DNA of 64,000 bases from a virus (IMGVR_UViG_3300021400_000048:56791-120790); one strand, 5' to 3'; counted from the first letter of the stretch, positions 46,056-55,161 are shown. Notes: generated from the letters alone by a model not told the origin. Translations and numbers: made by a program.

Positions 46056-46556
46056 TTACTTTGTTGTTAAATATGCGTCTAATGGTGTTCCAACTTCAGC
46101 ATCTATCTCACAAATGATTGAATCAAAAGTGTTATGTTCTTCAGCACTTGGGTCATCTGCATAAATATCAACTAGATTATTTAAATTTTTATAATAATCT
46201 TCTTCAACTGTATCATATGCTACTATTATATATTCTTTATCATTATATATAAATCTAAATGGACAATGATAGTCTGCATTTACACTTAGTTCTATAATAT
46301 CATTAATAGTGAGATAAACACTTTCATCGAAATGATAATGATTATCTTCAGCATTAAAAACTGTTTCACCTAAATCGAATGGTACTAATTTGTGGTATAT
46401 TTCAGTTGGATCTGTCGGTGTAACAGGATCTTCTTTTCCTTCTAATACAGCTCTTTTAATAACATCAGTATCATCATTTGCTGGAATGCCACTATAACTT
46501 CCTTTTAATTCACCTTCTTTTTCATAAACTAATTTGTATTGTTTTGTTTCTGCCAT
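46056..46556 (-). CDS. 166-aa paralog, same N-terminal module with a different C-terminus
   Basis: ORF track; shared N-terminus with the gene above. Confidence 0.55.
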   Translation of the reverse strand: MAETKQYKLVYEKEGELKGSYSGIPANDDTDVIKRAVLEGKEDPVTPTDPTEIYHKLVPFDLGETVFNAEDNHYHFDESVYLTINDIIELSVNADYHCPFRFIYNDKEYIIVAYDTVEEDYYKNLNNLVDIYADDPSAEEHNTFDSIICEIDAEVGTPLDAYLTTK

Positions 46557-46577
46557 ATATAAGCTCCTTTTATTATA

Positions 46578-47648
46578 TTAATCTATATAGTCATTAATAA
46601 GGGCATCTAATCCATTATTAATTAAACTATCATCTTTTTGTTTTTTATAAAAATTAAAATCATTATTAAATAAATTAAGAATTGCTTGTGCGAGAGGCAC
46701 ACTACTTATTGTATAATCATCTGCCATTTGATTCATTGATTTAGTTTCTTGTGTTGCTTGTCTCTTTGCATCTGCAATAATAGTCTTGATATTATTAGGT
46801 ACATCAGCTACCTTAGTATCAAATGTAACATCAGCTGCTAAATTTCATAAGTCTTTTCTTGTATCATCAGAATTTGCTGTATGTCTATAAATAAAGTCTT
46901 CACCCTCTTTTGCATTTGGATATTTTCTTTCAAATGAGTCTTTAATAGCTTCTAAATTATCAATTACAGCATTTTCTTTTTCAATATCTTCTGCATCATC
47001 AATAGTATAAAATACAATATCACTTTCGTCATCAATAAATGGAATTTTAAATTTAATTCCAGTAACATGATCTTTAAATCAAGCTTTTGCAGCATCTTTG
47101 TCTTCTATTGACATATTATTTAATGCTCTTTTTAAACCACTTCTTCTATTAGTTGAATCTTTAAGTCTTTGCGCATAATATTTACGAACTAAAGCTTCTG
47201 CAAAGGCTGCTTGGTGAACTTTTGTCAATAACTGTCTTTTTGTCTTATAATCTAAACTACCAGTATTAGTATATTTTTTTGCATTAGCTAATGCATTAGC
47301 ATAAATTTCATCTGCTGTTGATTCACCATCACCAAAATAAGCAAGATTATAATAATAAATATCACTATCCATTACATCCTTTAATTCATTTTCCTTACGA
47401 TCAAGCATATCAGTATAAATTGCTTTAATTATTTTTACAGCATAAGAAAATGCCTCTTTAAGTACTTCTTGATCTTTTAAAAACTCAGAAATACTAATTG
47501 TTTTTAAATAATTTTTTGTTCTTACTGACGGTGCCACTTTTCCATCATCTGGTCCTACATATCAATTTGGATCTTTTGTTAAAAAGTCTTTATAATTTAG
47601 AGTACCAGTTAATTTATTTCCCTCAGTTAAGTTTATATTTTCTTGCAT
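46578..47648 (-). CDS. hypothetical 356-aa protein (4 TGA-Trp)
   Basis: ORF 47079..47537 extended upstream to the ATG at 47646-47648 (GGAGATTTAT RBS) and downstream through TGA to a TAA at 46578; class A variant 47677-47692. Confidence 0.5.
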
Positions 47649-47676
47649 ATAAATCTCCTATTAAATTAACTCTATA

Positions 47677-47692
47677 TAATTTAGCTAAAATA
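47677..47692 (-). promoter_or_regulatory. class A variant (TTTTAGCTAAATTATATAG)
   Basis: About 35 nt before the ATG at 47648; directly after palindromic terminator 47690-47722. Confidence 0.45.
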
Positions 47693-47722
47693 AAAGCTAG
47701 CTTTTTAGTTAAGCTAGCTTTT
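47690..47722 (-). terminator. palindromic hairpin AAAGCTAGCTT...AAGCTAGCTTT
   Basis: Between the genes ending at 47726 and starting at 47648. Confidence 0.55.
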
Positions 47723-47725
47723 ATA

Positions 47726-47896
47726 ATTTTAAAAATTAACAAATAATTTTTTAAATGTTTCGTATGTTGCTTCATCTAAGTCTCTAAGAACCATTTGAAC
47801 ACCATGCTCATTGTAGATTTCAACAGACTTCATTGTAACATTTACTCTAATATGATCCTTAAAAGCTTCTACTAATAATCCTAAATCATCTAACAT
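47726..47896 (-). CDS. small 56-aa protein
   Basis: ATG behind GAAAGGAAAT; hand translation MLDDLGLLVEAFKDHIRVN... Confidence 0.35.
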
Positions 47897-47923
47897 AAAT
47901 TTAAATTTCCTTTCTAAATATTT

Positions 47924-48781
47924 TTATACATATAAATCTTCTTCTCGACCAGCTATTAATGTGCAATTAGTGTAGTCAATAGAATTTAATATATTATCTG
48001 AATAACCACATTTTTTAAAATGCTTGTTGTAATGTTTATCAAACTTTTTTCTTATAAGAATATCAAAGTTATTATTATAAATTCCTTTAATAAATTTAAC
48101 AAGGTCTTTATAGCTAAATGTATATCTATACTCTTTAACTTCACGATCCCAGCTATCTTTACCATAAGAATAAGTAAATGCCATATTTAAAACTTTAATT
48201 GGATAAGGTACTCTTCTTTCACTTAGCTTTTTAGTGTCATTAAATAACTTTTGAAAATCCTTATCAGTGACATTTAATATTTCTTCCATAGCGATATTTT
48301 GTTCCTCTAATGAAGTAAATGGTAAACAAATTCTTTTATCATCATGCCATCTTTGATAATAAGGCTCTCTAATAATAACAATACAGTCATCAGTTACTAT
48401 CTTACATAAGTTCTTTTTTAAGTAGTTAAATTCTTTTTTATTTAATTCATGAAGCACAGCAGATAAAATAATACAATCATACTTAGGATATTTAGTTAGT
48501 GAATACTTAAAAACGTCAACTTGATTCTTAACAAAAGTTACTAAGTCCATTGGAACATAAATAAGTTTTTCTGTAGATTTAATATCTTCAGTTTTAAAGT
48601 TATTATCAACAGCAACACAAGTTATTCCTGCTTCAGATATTAACTTACTAATAATACCTGTGCCAGCTCCAAGGTCTAATACCATTTTTCTATTATATTT
48701 AATAACTAAATCTGCTACTTCTTTTTTATCTGGTGAAGCATCCATTTGCTTACCAAATTCTAATTCTTCTTTTCTATTCAT
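47924..48781 (-). CDS. class I SAM-dependent methyltransferase (VLDLGAGTG), substrate unknown
   Basis: Motif I in the 285-aa ORF; no NPPY or PCQ DNA-methyltransferase motif. Confidence 0.6.
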   Translation of the reverse strand: MNRKEELEFGKQMDASPDKKEVADLVIKYNRKMVLDLGAGTGIISKLISEAGITCVAVDNNFKTEDIKSTEKLIYVPMDLVTFVKNQVDVFKYSLTKYPKYDCIILSAVLHELNKKEFNYLKKNLCKIVTDDCIVIIREPYYQRWHDDKRICLPFTSLEEQNIAMEEILNVTDKDFQKLFNDTKKLSERRVPYPIKVLNMAFTYSYGKDSWDREVKEYRYTFSYKDLVKFIKGIYNNNFDILIRKKFDKHYNKHFKKCGYSDNILNSIDYTNCTLIAGREEDLYV

Positions 48782-48799
48782 AATCTTATTAGGCTCCTT

Positions 48800-49045
48800 T
48801 TATCTTACAACTAATGCTATACCTAAAACTACCATAACAATGCTAACAAGCATTCCTACTAATGCAAATGTTTTTACTTTACAAGTCATATGATAAGCTT
48901 CTTCTTCTGGTAAAGGATTACCTGACTCAGAAAGTTGCTTATAAAATGACTCCCAATTTTCTTCGTTTTTTAGTGCTAGTGTAACAGCCATAAAAATAAA
49001 ACCTATAAAAAGAAACAATAATATTCCAATAATTATAAATACCAT
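48800..49045 (-). CDS. small 2-TM membrane protein (81 aa)
   Basis: ORF track; hydrophobic termini. Confidence 0.5.
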   Translation of the reverse strand: MVFIIIGILLFLFIGFIFMAVTLALKNEENWESFYKQLSESGNPLPEEEAYHMTCKVKTFALVGMLVSIVMVVLGIALVVR

Positions 49046-49055
49046 TTATTTTTAC

Positions 49056-49304
49056 CTACTTTATATTAAAACGACTAAGTTGCTCAATTTGAGTATCAAC
49101 CTCTGCCAAGTTCTTTTTATAATTTTCTAAATCTTCAGTGTATTGTTTAATTTCATTATTTGACAATAAATGCTTATCTGCCAATATTACTTCACAATTT
49201 TCAATACTCATTACAAGTAAATCATGTCTATATTCAAGCATTGTTATTCCAGTTAATTTATTTGGATATTCTGTTAAATTATTTTTGTATTTTTTATATG
49301 CCAT
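49056..49304 (-). CDS. hypothetical 82-aa protein
   Basis: ORF track; AGGAGG RBS. Confidence 0.5.
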   Translation of the reverse strand: MAYKKYKNNLTEYPNKLTGITMLEYRHDLLVMSIENCEVILADKHLLSNNEIKQYTEDLENYKKNLAEVDTQIEQLSRFNIK

Positions 49305-49313
49305 TTTAGCCTC

Positions 49314-50216
49314 CTAAATAGTAGCTTGATGATTTCTTACATAATCAAACATTGGCTTGATATCATCAAGTAGTGGTTGTCTTTCATTTACTGGCGTAGT
49401 TGAACTTGTACTAAATGTATTTTCAACTAAATCAATAAACATAGTATGCGTGCCATCTTTTCCCATAAAGAATTGATTCCATTCATCTTCAGTTAATAAT
49501 CTTTTAACGTCTAATTGTGCTAAAGCTAGGTTATCAAAACTAACTACTGCAAAATGTTTAGTAATTTCATCTAAATGATCATAGATATCAGATTTAATTT
49601 CTTCAGTTGTGCAAAGATGTGATTTATAAAAATCATTTCCGCGTCTGAATTCTTTATAGCCAAGAATTAAAATCTTTAAATTATTATCATATAATTTTTG
49701 ATAATCTTCTAATTTATGCACACCATTAATCATATGAATAACTGCATTTGGAAATTGCTTTACTAATTCAATAAATTCTTTGCTTGGATTAACTAAAGAG
49801 ACCCCTAAGCCATAAATTAATTTATTATCAACTAATTCTTTTACTAAAGCGATATCTTTCATAAAATGAAATTGATTAATAGTCATATTTGGAATCAATT
49901 TTAATTTTTTACACTTTTCTAAAAATGGAATTAAATCTGGATGCTCAAGTGGATTACCACCACCAATAGCAAGTTCTGTATAAGGCAATAAAGTTTCTAA
50001 AAACTTTGCATTCATAATATCACCATGCTTGCCATCTTTAGTTGAGGCTTCATGGCAGAAAGCACAGCCTCTATCACACATATTAGTAATTTTAATATCC
50101 ATTGATTCTGGCTTTTCTGGAATAAAACAATCTTTATCATTCTTTCTAATTTTAGTTCCACTGTCTAAATCAAAATAAATATCATAATTTCCATTTCTTA
50201 CTTTTACAAATTTCAT
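49314..50216 (-). CDS. radical SAM domain protein (CDRGCAFC, GGGNPL), 300 aa
   Basis: Cx3Cx2C motif near the N-terminus. Confidence 0.6.
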   Translation of the reverse strand: MKFVKVRNGNYDIYFDLDSGTKIRKNDKDCFIPEKPESMDIKITNMCDRGCAFCHEASTKDGKHGDIMNAKFLETLLPYTELAIGGGNPLEHPDLIPFLEKCKKLKLIPNMTINQFHFMKDIALVKELVDNKLIYGLGVSLVNPSKEFIELVKQFPNAVIHMINGVHKLEDYQKLYDNNLKILILGYKEFRRGNDFYKSHLCTTEEIKSDIYDHLDEITKHFAVVSFDNLALAQLDVKRLLTEDEWNQFFMGKDGTHTMFIDLVENTFSTSSTTPVNERQPLLDDIKPMFDYVRNHQATI

Positions 50217-50218
50217 AT

Positions 50219-50542
50219 TTATTTACCTCCATGTATTTTAATAAGATTTGAATCAAATTTAATAGATAAATCATATCCTTGTATACTACCAGAATTTGGC
50301 TTACCATAACGATATGTAACACCATCTTCTAAAGGTTTCTTTTTTCTATAACATTCTTTAATATAATCTGAAGCTAAGAATCTTTTCTTTTCTTCATCAT
50401 TTAGCCAATGTGTAATTCTCCAGCCAGTAACTTTATGTTGTAGATAAGCTTTTACATTACCGTCATCAGTAACAATAAAAGTTTTTAATTTATATTCATG
50501 CTTTACTGCAGCAAAATCTTTTCCTTGTAATCTTTGAAGCAT
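50219..50542 (-). CDS. hypothetical 107-aa protein
   Basis: ORF track. Confidence 0.5.
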   Translation of the reverse strand: MLQRLQGKDFAAVKHEYKLKTFIVTDDGNVKAYLQHKVTGWRITHWLNDEEKKRFLASDYIKECYRKKKPLEDGVTYRYGKPNSGSIQGYDLSIKFDSNLIKIHGGK

Positions 50543-50554
50543 AAATAAATACTC

Positions 50555-50950
50555 CTAATCTTTCTTTAATAAATCAAGATAGTTAATATTCTTTTCAAAA
50601 TTTACTGTTAAGTTTCTGTCTAACTTAAAAATTGGTTGCAATATAGGCATACTTGATGCACCAAGTGTACGCCAATAAGCACCATAAATGCCTGTGATAG
50701 GATTATTAGACTTTACATTAAGAGTATAAACGTCCAAGTAATCTTGCAGCTCATAAAAAGAGTTTAAAACAATAGGTGTTTTGTCATGCTCTCTAACAAC
50801 TAACCATTGATCACACAATTCTTTTGGATCGGTAACTGGTTCTTTAATTATATGACTTGGTTGTGATAGAAGCACAGGTTGATCCATTTTATCGGCTTCA
50901 TCATCATAGCGAATTACTTGTCCGCCATCTGTAGTTATATATTTAATCAT
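50555..50950 (-). CDS. hypothetical 131-aa protein (start MIKYITTDGG; the track's upstream extension lies inside the promoter)
   Basis: AGGAGG RBS 8 nt before the ATG at 50950; class B cassette 50968-51013. Confidence 0.5.
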   Translation of the reverse strand: MIKYITTDGGQVIRYDDEADKMDQPVLLSQPSHIIKEPVTDPKELCDQWLVVREHDKTPIVLNSFYELQDYLDVYTLNVKSNNPITGIYGAYWRTLGASSMPILQPIFKLDRNLTVNFEKNINYLDLLKKD

Positions 50951-50967
50951 AAATAATTTTCCTCCTA

Positions 50968-50988
50968 TAATATTATACAATAAAAAAG
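50968..50988 (-). promoter_or_regulatory. class B promoter
   Basis: TTTTTTATTGTATAATATTATAGGAGG before the ATG at 50950; hairpin 50983-51013 abuts. Confidence 0.6.
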
Positions 50989-51013
50989 ACCAAATAAATG
51001 GTCTTTTTTATTA
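50983..51013 (-). terminator. hairpin AAAAGACCA-AATAAA-TGGTCTTTT + T-run
   Basis: 3' of the gene ending at 51075. Confidence 0.6.
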
Positions 51014-51074
51014 AAATTTTTTATTTTTTCTTTTTTCCAAATTCTCAACCATTAGCCAAATTTACCAAAAAAAA

Positions 51075-51494
51075 TTAATAATTACAGCCAAAAGCACCAA
51101 AAGCATGAATTATTTTGCCATCTTTTGTTTTATATTTTTCTTCATAAGTTTCCATTTCACATTCTTGTTCAAATTGCTCAAAAGTATGATAATCATACCT
51201 TAAGCTATCGTCACTTCCATTACAAAAACCATCAATAATAGACTTAGCAAAATCTTCATAGCTCTCAGGATTTAAGCCAGTTTCTTTACAATATTTCTCC
51301 CATTGCTCTTTATTATAGCGTTCAAGACTTTTTATTAAATTTTCTTTTTTTACAATATCCATACCATAATAAAAACTACCAACAAGAAATGCTTCATTAT
51401 TTTTTAAAGCTTTGAAGTCATCATCTTCACACATTACTAAACTGTGTGTTGAACTTGAGTTTGTTTCAAAACAATTTCGTCTAATTTGTAACAT
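51075..51494 (-). CDS. 139-aa protein with an ML.IRRN.FETNSSS.HSLV N-terminus (paralog of 51756..52673)
   Basis: ORF track; shared N-terminal motif. Confidence 0.5.
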   Translation of the reverse strand: MLQIRRNCFETNSSSTHSLVMCEDDDFKALKNNEAFLVGSFYYGMDIVKKENLIKSLERYNKEQWEKYCKETGLNPESYEDFAKSIIDGFCNGSDDSLRYDYHTFEQFEQECEMETYEEKYKTKDGKIIHAFGAFGCNY

Positions 51495-51507
51495 CTTAGT
51501 TTCCTTT

Positions 51508-51756
51508 CTATTTATTAAAAATTACGTCTTCTTCCAATTCTTTAGCTAATTTACTAATAGAGACTTTATTTGTAAGATGTGTTATCTCTTTAATAAAAGA
51601 AGCTTTAAAACAATATTTTTTCCAAATATCATCAAGTGGTAATAATAAATATTCTTTATTTTTTGGTACTAACCAGCCATTAAATTTATCGCCATCAATA
51701 GTTTCTACTATAACTGCTTTATATAAAGCATAATTATCTATATAACTTTTTTTCAT
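51508..51756 (-). CDS. hypothetical 82-aa protein
   Basis: ORF track. Confidence 0.45.
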   Translation of the reverse strand: MKKSYIDNYALYKAVIVETIDGDKFNGWLVPKNKEYLLLPLDDIWKKYCFKASFIKEITHLTNKVSISKLAKELEEDVIFNK

Positions 51757-52673
51757 TATAAACCTACCACTTGTTCATCATCACATTCAACAACAACTTC
51801 ATCAAAAATAGATTTATCAATAGATGAGACATCAATTACTTCTGTTGTATCATTATCAATGATTAATCTAATCTTTAATTCTGGCTTTGTTTCTTTTGCT
51901 AACTTAATAATATCTTTAACTTTGCTTTTACTGTTATTAAATTTAACAACAGCTTCTTGTTCATAAATCTTGAAATCAATTGTTTTAACTTTATCATCAA
52001 TATCAGCGATAAGTTCTTCATCATTTTCTTTAGTCCAATCTTTAAGCCAGCTAGCATAAATAGTATAGTTAGCATTATTCCAGAAATCGACACCAGAAGA
52101 AATATCTTCAAAGTTATCTGTATTAATAATTCTTGCTTCAACTAAATCTTTGAAATTTTGAATTTCATCACCATCGACAATGATAATATATTTTGGATTT
52201 AAAATTAAGTCTTCCCAATCAATTCCTTTTCTTTTGACAAAATGCATTGGGTCTTCACCAGTATCATTACTATAAACTGCACCATAATTTTTATTCTTAT
52301 TTTCTTTCCTATCCCAATGATTAACTCTATACAAAAAAACTTTAGCTGGGTCATCAATGCCAGTTTGTTTCATAACAAAGTTTTTAATTCTGTCAACATC
52401 TTTCTTATTAGGTTCACCACGCCAAGTTCCTAAAGTGTATGCAGAATAATATCTTAACTTTTGAAGTGGTGTTGATAAAATTTGAAAAGGTGATCTTTCA
52501 TAGCTCATATCACTTTCATCACAATATCTCCAAAGTTCAAATGCTTTTTGATACTCAGGATTATAATTTAATGCCAACTCTTCTTTAGTATAAGTTCTTG
52601 CTTGCTTAGTAATAACTAAACTATGCATACTTGAACTGTTTGTTTCAAAAACATTTCTTCTAATATTAAGCAT
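51756..52673 (-). CDS. 305-aa protein, same FETNSSS.HSLV N-terminal module
   Basis: ORF track; TAATG overlap with the downstream gene. Confidence 0.5.
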   Translation of the reverse strand: MLNIRRNVFETNSSSMHSLVITKQARTYTKEELALNYNPEYQKAFELWRYCDESDMSYERSPFQILSTPLQKLRYYSAYTLGTWRGEPNKKDVDRIKNFVMKQTGIDDPAKVFLYRVNHWDRKENKNKNYGAVYSNDTGEDPMHFVKRKGIDWEDLILNPKYIIIVDGDEIQNFKDLVEARIINTDNFEDISSGVDFWNNANYTIYASWLKDWTKENDEELIADIDDKVKTIDFKIYEQEAVVKFNNSKSKVKDIIKLAKETKPELKIRLIIDNDTTEVIDVSSIDKSIFDEVVVECDDEQVVGL

Positions 52674-52700
52674 TTTAATCTCCTTGATTTATTAATAATT

Positions 52701-53864
52701 TTAGTCTTTTAAAAATAATTTATTATATTCTTCTTCAGTTAAAAACTTATATTCTTGTTCAAACTTTCTATAGCCACCATCTTTACAGTAAAACAATTCA
52801 TTAAACTTATCAATTAAAAACTTTTTAATTTCTTCTTTATCATATGTATCTGGCCTATCGCTGTGTGCCTTCAATTGTCGTGCGTAATCCCAACCATATC
52901 TAGGTGATTGATAATGAGAATCAGCCTTAGCTCGTTCCTGCTCCCATACAGCTATTTTATCACTATTATATTTATATAAATACTCAGCCGCAGTTGTGTC
53001 CAAATCCATATGATCAATTATAAGTCGTTTAGGCTTAGTAAGTGTTTCAGTGTAATAGTCAGTTAATTTTTCTTCACCTGACTCCCAATGTTTATAAAAG
53101 CCTCTAAAAATATGAACTAATTTTGGCTTGTCATAAATAACAACATATTTATCACTATATCTATAACCTTGCTCAAAAGAATAATATTTATAAATACTTC
53201 CAAGATATAATTGTTTCTCTTTTAAAGTTCCTACTATATCACCAGGAATATATTTATTATTTGCTTTCTTAACAGCATTTCTTTGTTCCTCATCTAACTT
53301 AGCTTGTTTAAAATCTTCCATAGCTTCAGTGAATACACCAACTTGATTTCCACCAACTCTACCTAACCAAACTTTTTCTTGACAAGTTCCATTAATAAAA
53401 GTAGTTGACATAAGTAGATGTAATAGTAGCTCTGAATTAATACCAACTAAAAAACTATTTCCATCAGAAGCTGTAATGATACAATTCCAGAAAGATAACT
53501 TTCCACCTTGACTAGAACCCTTAGCAGATTCTGATAGGCTAATAGTAAATGAACCATTATCATATTCATGAACTACACCTTCCATTTCTTTTCTAGTGGC
53601 ATCATAAGCAGCTTCAGCTTCTTTTGCTTCTTTACTATCATAGCCAAATTTATTTCTAGCTTCCCAATATTTGTTATTGAGGTCTCGATCAAAGTAAGTC
53701 CACTTAGCCCAGCGTAAAGCAGTGTCAAGCATTTTCTTATTATCTGGATCTACTACATAACCTTGATTAACTGTTCTTCCACGCCAGTTATAACCACCAT
53801 CAGTAATGTCAGTTCTTTCTACTATTGTTATTTTATTATAAATTTTAATTCCTTTATAATCCAT
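52701..53864 (-). CDS. hypothetical 387-aa protein (9 TGG, 0 TGA)
   Basis: ORF track. Confidence 0.5.
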   Translation of the reverse strand: MDYKGIKIYNKITIVERTDITDGGYNWRGRTVNQGYVVDPDNKKMLDTALRWAKWTYFDRDLNNKYWEARNKFGYDSKEAKEAEAAYDATRKEMEGVVHEYDNGSFTISLSESAKGSSQGGKLSFWNCIITASDGNSFLVGINSELLLHLLMSTTFINGTCQEKVWLGRVGGNQVGVFTEAMEDFKQAKLDEEQRNAVKKANNKYIPGDIVGTLKEKQLYLGSIYKYYSFEQGYRYSDKYVVIYDKPKLVHIFRGFYKHWESGEEKLTDYYTETLTKPKRLIIDHMDLDTTAAEYLYKYNSDKIAVWEQERAKADSHYQSPRYGWDYARQLKAHSDRPDTYDKEEIKKFLIDKFNELFYCKDGGYRKFEQEYKFLTEEEYNKLFLKD

Positions 53865-53877
53865 TATTTAATTCCTT

Positions 53878-54060
53878 TTAAATATTAGTCTTTAGTATAT
53901 CAATTAATTGATCAGCTAGTTCTTTCTTTCCTAGACTAACTGTATCTGTTCTTTCAGGATGCTCTGTGCAATAGTCTTTATAGAAAGAAAGTATATCCCA
54001 TAGATTATAAATATCATTATCTTCTAAAACTATTGTTACTTTATTTAATTCTATTTGCAT
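53878..54060 (-). CDS. small early-type protein (60 aa)
   Basis: ORF track; tandem compact array. Confidence 0.4.
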   Translation of the reverse strand: MQIELNKVTIVLEDNDIYNLWDILSFYKDYCTEHPERTDTVSLGKKELADQLIDILKTNI

Positions 54061-54292
54061 TTAAACTATTCCTCCAGTCTGCTGTTCTATTATTTAAAAA
54101 AGTAATAATATCTTCTAAACAACTTGCATCAAAAATAACTGCTTCACTTGGCTCAAAGATAAATTTTCTCCAAGCACCATAAAATTTAATTATACCTAAT
54201 TGACAATTTGATTGTCTATTCCTTACAGCATAAATTGGCAACTTATGTCCAGGTATAGTATGTTCTTCAAAAATTAAATATTCACTTTCCAT
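54041..54292 (-). CDS. small protein (83 aa)
   Basis: ORF track. Confidence 0.4.
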   Translation of the reverse strand: MESEYLIFEEHTIPGHKLPIYAVRNRQSNCQLGIIKFYGAWRKFIFEPSEAVIFDASCLEDIITFLNNRTADWRNSLNANRIK

Positions 54293-54313
54293 TATTCTAT
54301 CTCTTCATTTTAT

Positions 54314-54682
54314 TTATTTTATTAATTCTTTCAATATATAATTTTTTAAATTATCGCTAAAATTAGAATAATTTTGCAGTAATTTTTTAAATCTTTCTTT
54401 TGGATATATTCTTCGTTTTAGATAATAAGGTTTTCTTTCAAGATTATTTTTTTCAAAATGTGCATATAAACCTTCAAGCCATTTTGAATAATCAATATTC
54501 CAGCTCTCTTCATAAGAATAAGCATAATCTATTGCAAAATTTCCTTTAACAAAATATGTGTCTATATAAATATCTGAATTGCCTCTTAGATAATCTATTT
54601 CAAAATATCTTTCTTCAGGGGCAGTATAATCTTTATCTTTTTTTAAAATAATTTCATCTTTAAAATTATCAAATAAAAACAT
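54314..54682 (-). CDS. small protein (122 aa)
   Basis: ORF track. Confidence 0.4.
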   Translation of the reverse strand: MFLFDNFKDEIILKKDKDYTAPEERYFEIDYLRGNSDIYIDTYFVKGNFAIDYAYSYEESWNIDYSKWLEGLYAHFEKNNLERKPYYLKRRIYPKERFKKLLQNYSNFSDNLKNYILKELIK

Positions 54683-54687
54683 ATTTA

Positions 54688-55161
54688 TTATTCTTCTACC
54701 TCAGTCATTTCATCAATAAGTTTAACTGTATTAGCTACAGCTTTCTTTAGTATTTCTTCATCAAATTCTAATGGTCTAATTTTACCACTTCTTGCTTTGC
54801 CAGCACATATACAATCTACTATTGTTTCTATAATATCTAGTAGATTAATATCATCATGACAATAACTAAATGGATGATGCTTTTCATATGCTATATGTTT
54901 TTGATACCAAGTATTAGATACAAAATCTTTTTTATTTAAAATAGCGTCTAAATAATTTTCATAGAATTCAGCTTCATATCATATTTTAGTCCAGTCATGA
55001 CAATTGCCCTTAGCTTTTAATATATTAACTAAGACTTTCATTACAGCTCTAACATCTTTAATATGATCTATATTAGCTTTATGGAAATCACTAAATGTTG
55101 CTGGCTCAGTAACTGTGCGAGAGTCTCCATTTGGATTATGTTTAATCTTTATCTTTTTCAT
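54688..55161 (-). CDS. 157-aa protein (ORF 54979..55161 extended through its single TGA)
   Basis: Hand translation to a TAA at 54688. Confidence 0.45.

Noticed and set aside
8033-52433. All plus-strand ORFs in the track (8033..8215, 14092..14352, 15646..15921, 17133..17336, 17194..17619, 18282..18539, 20780..21004, 24256..24483, 28253..28528, 30014..30226, 30403..30612, 31659..31850, 34926..35162, 36733..36996, 39944..40138, 41679..41939, 45731..45919, 47498..47746, 48660..48893, 51957..52145, 52242..52433)
   Set aside because: Each lies antisense inside a strong minus-strand gene, lacks an RBS, and has low-complexity composition. They are shadow ORFs.
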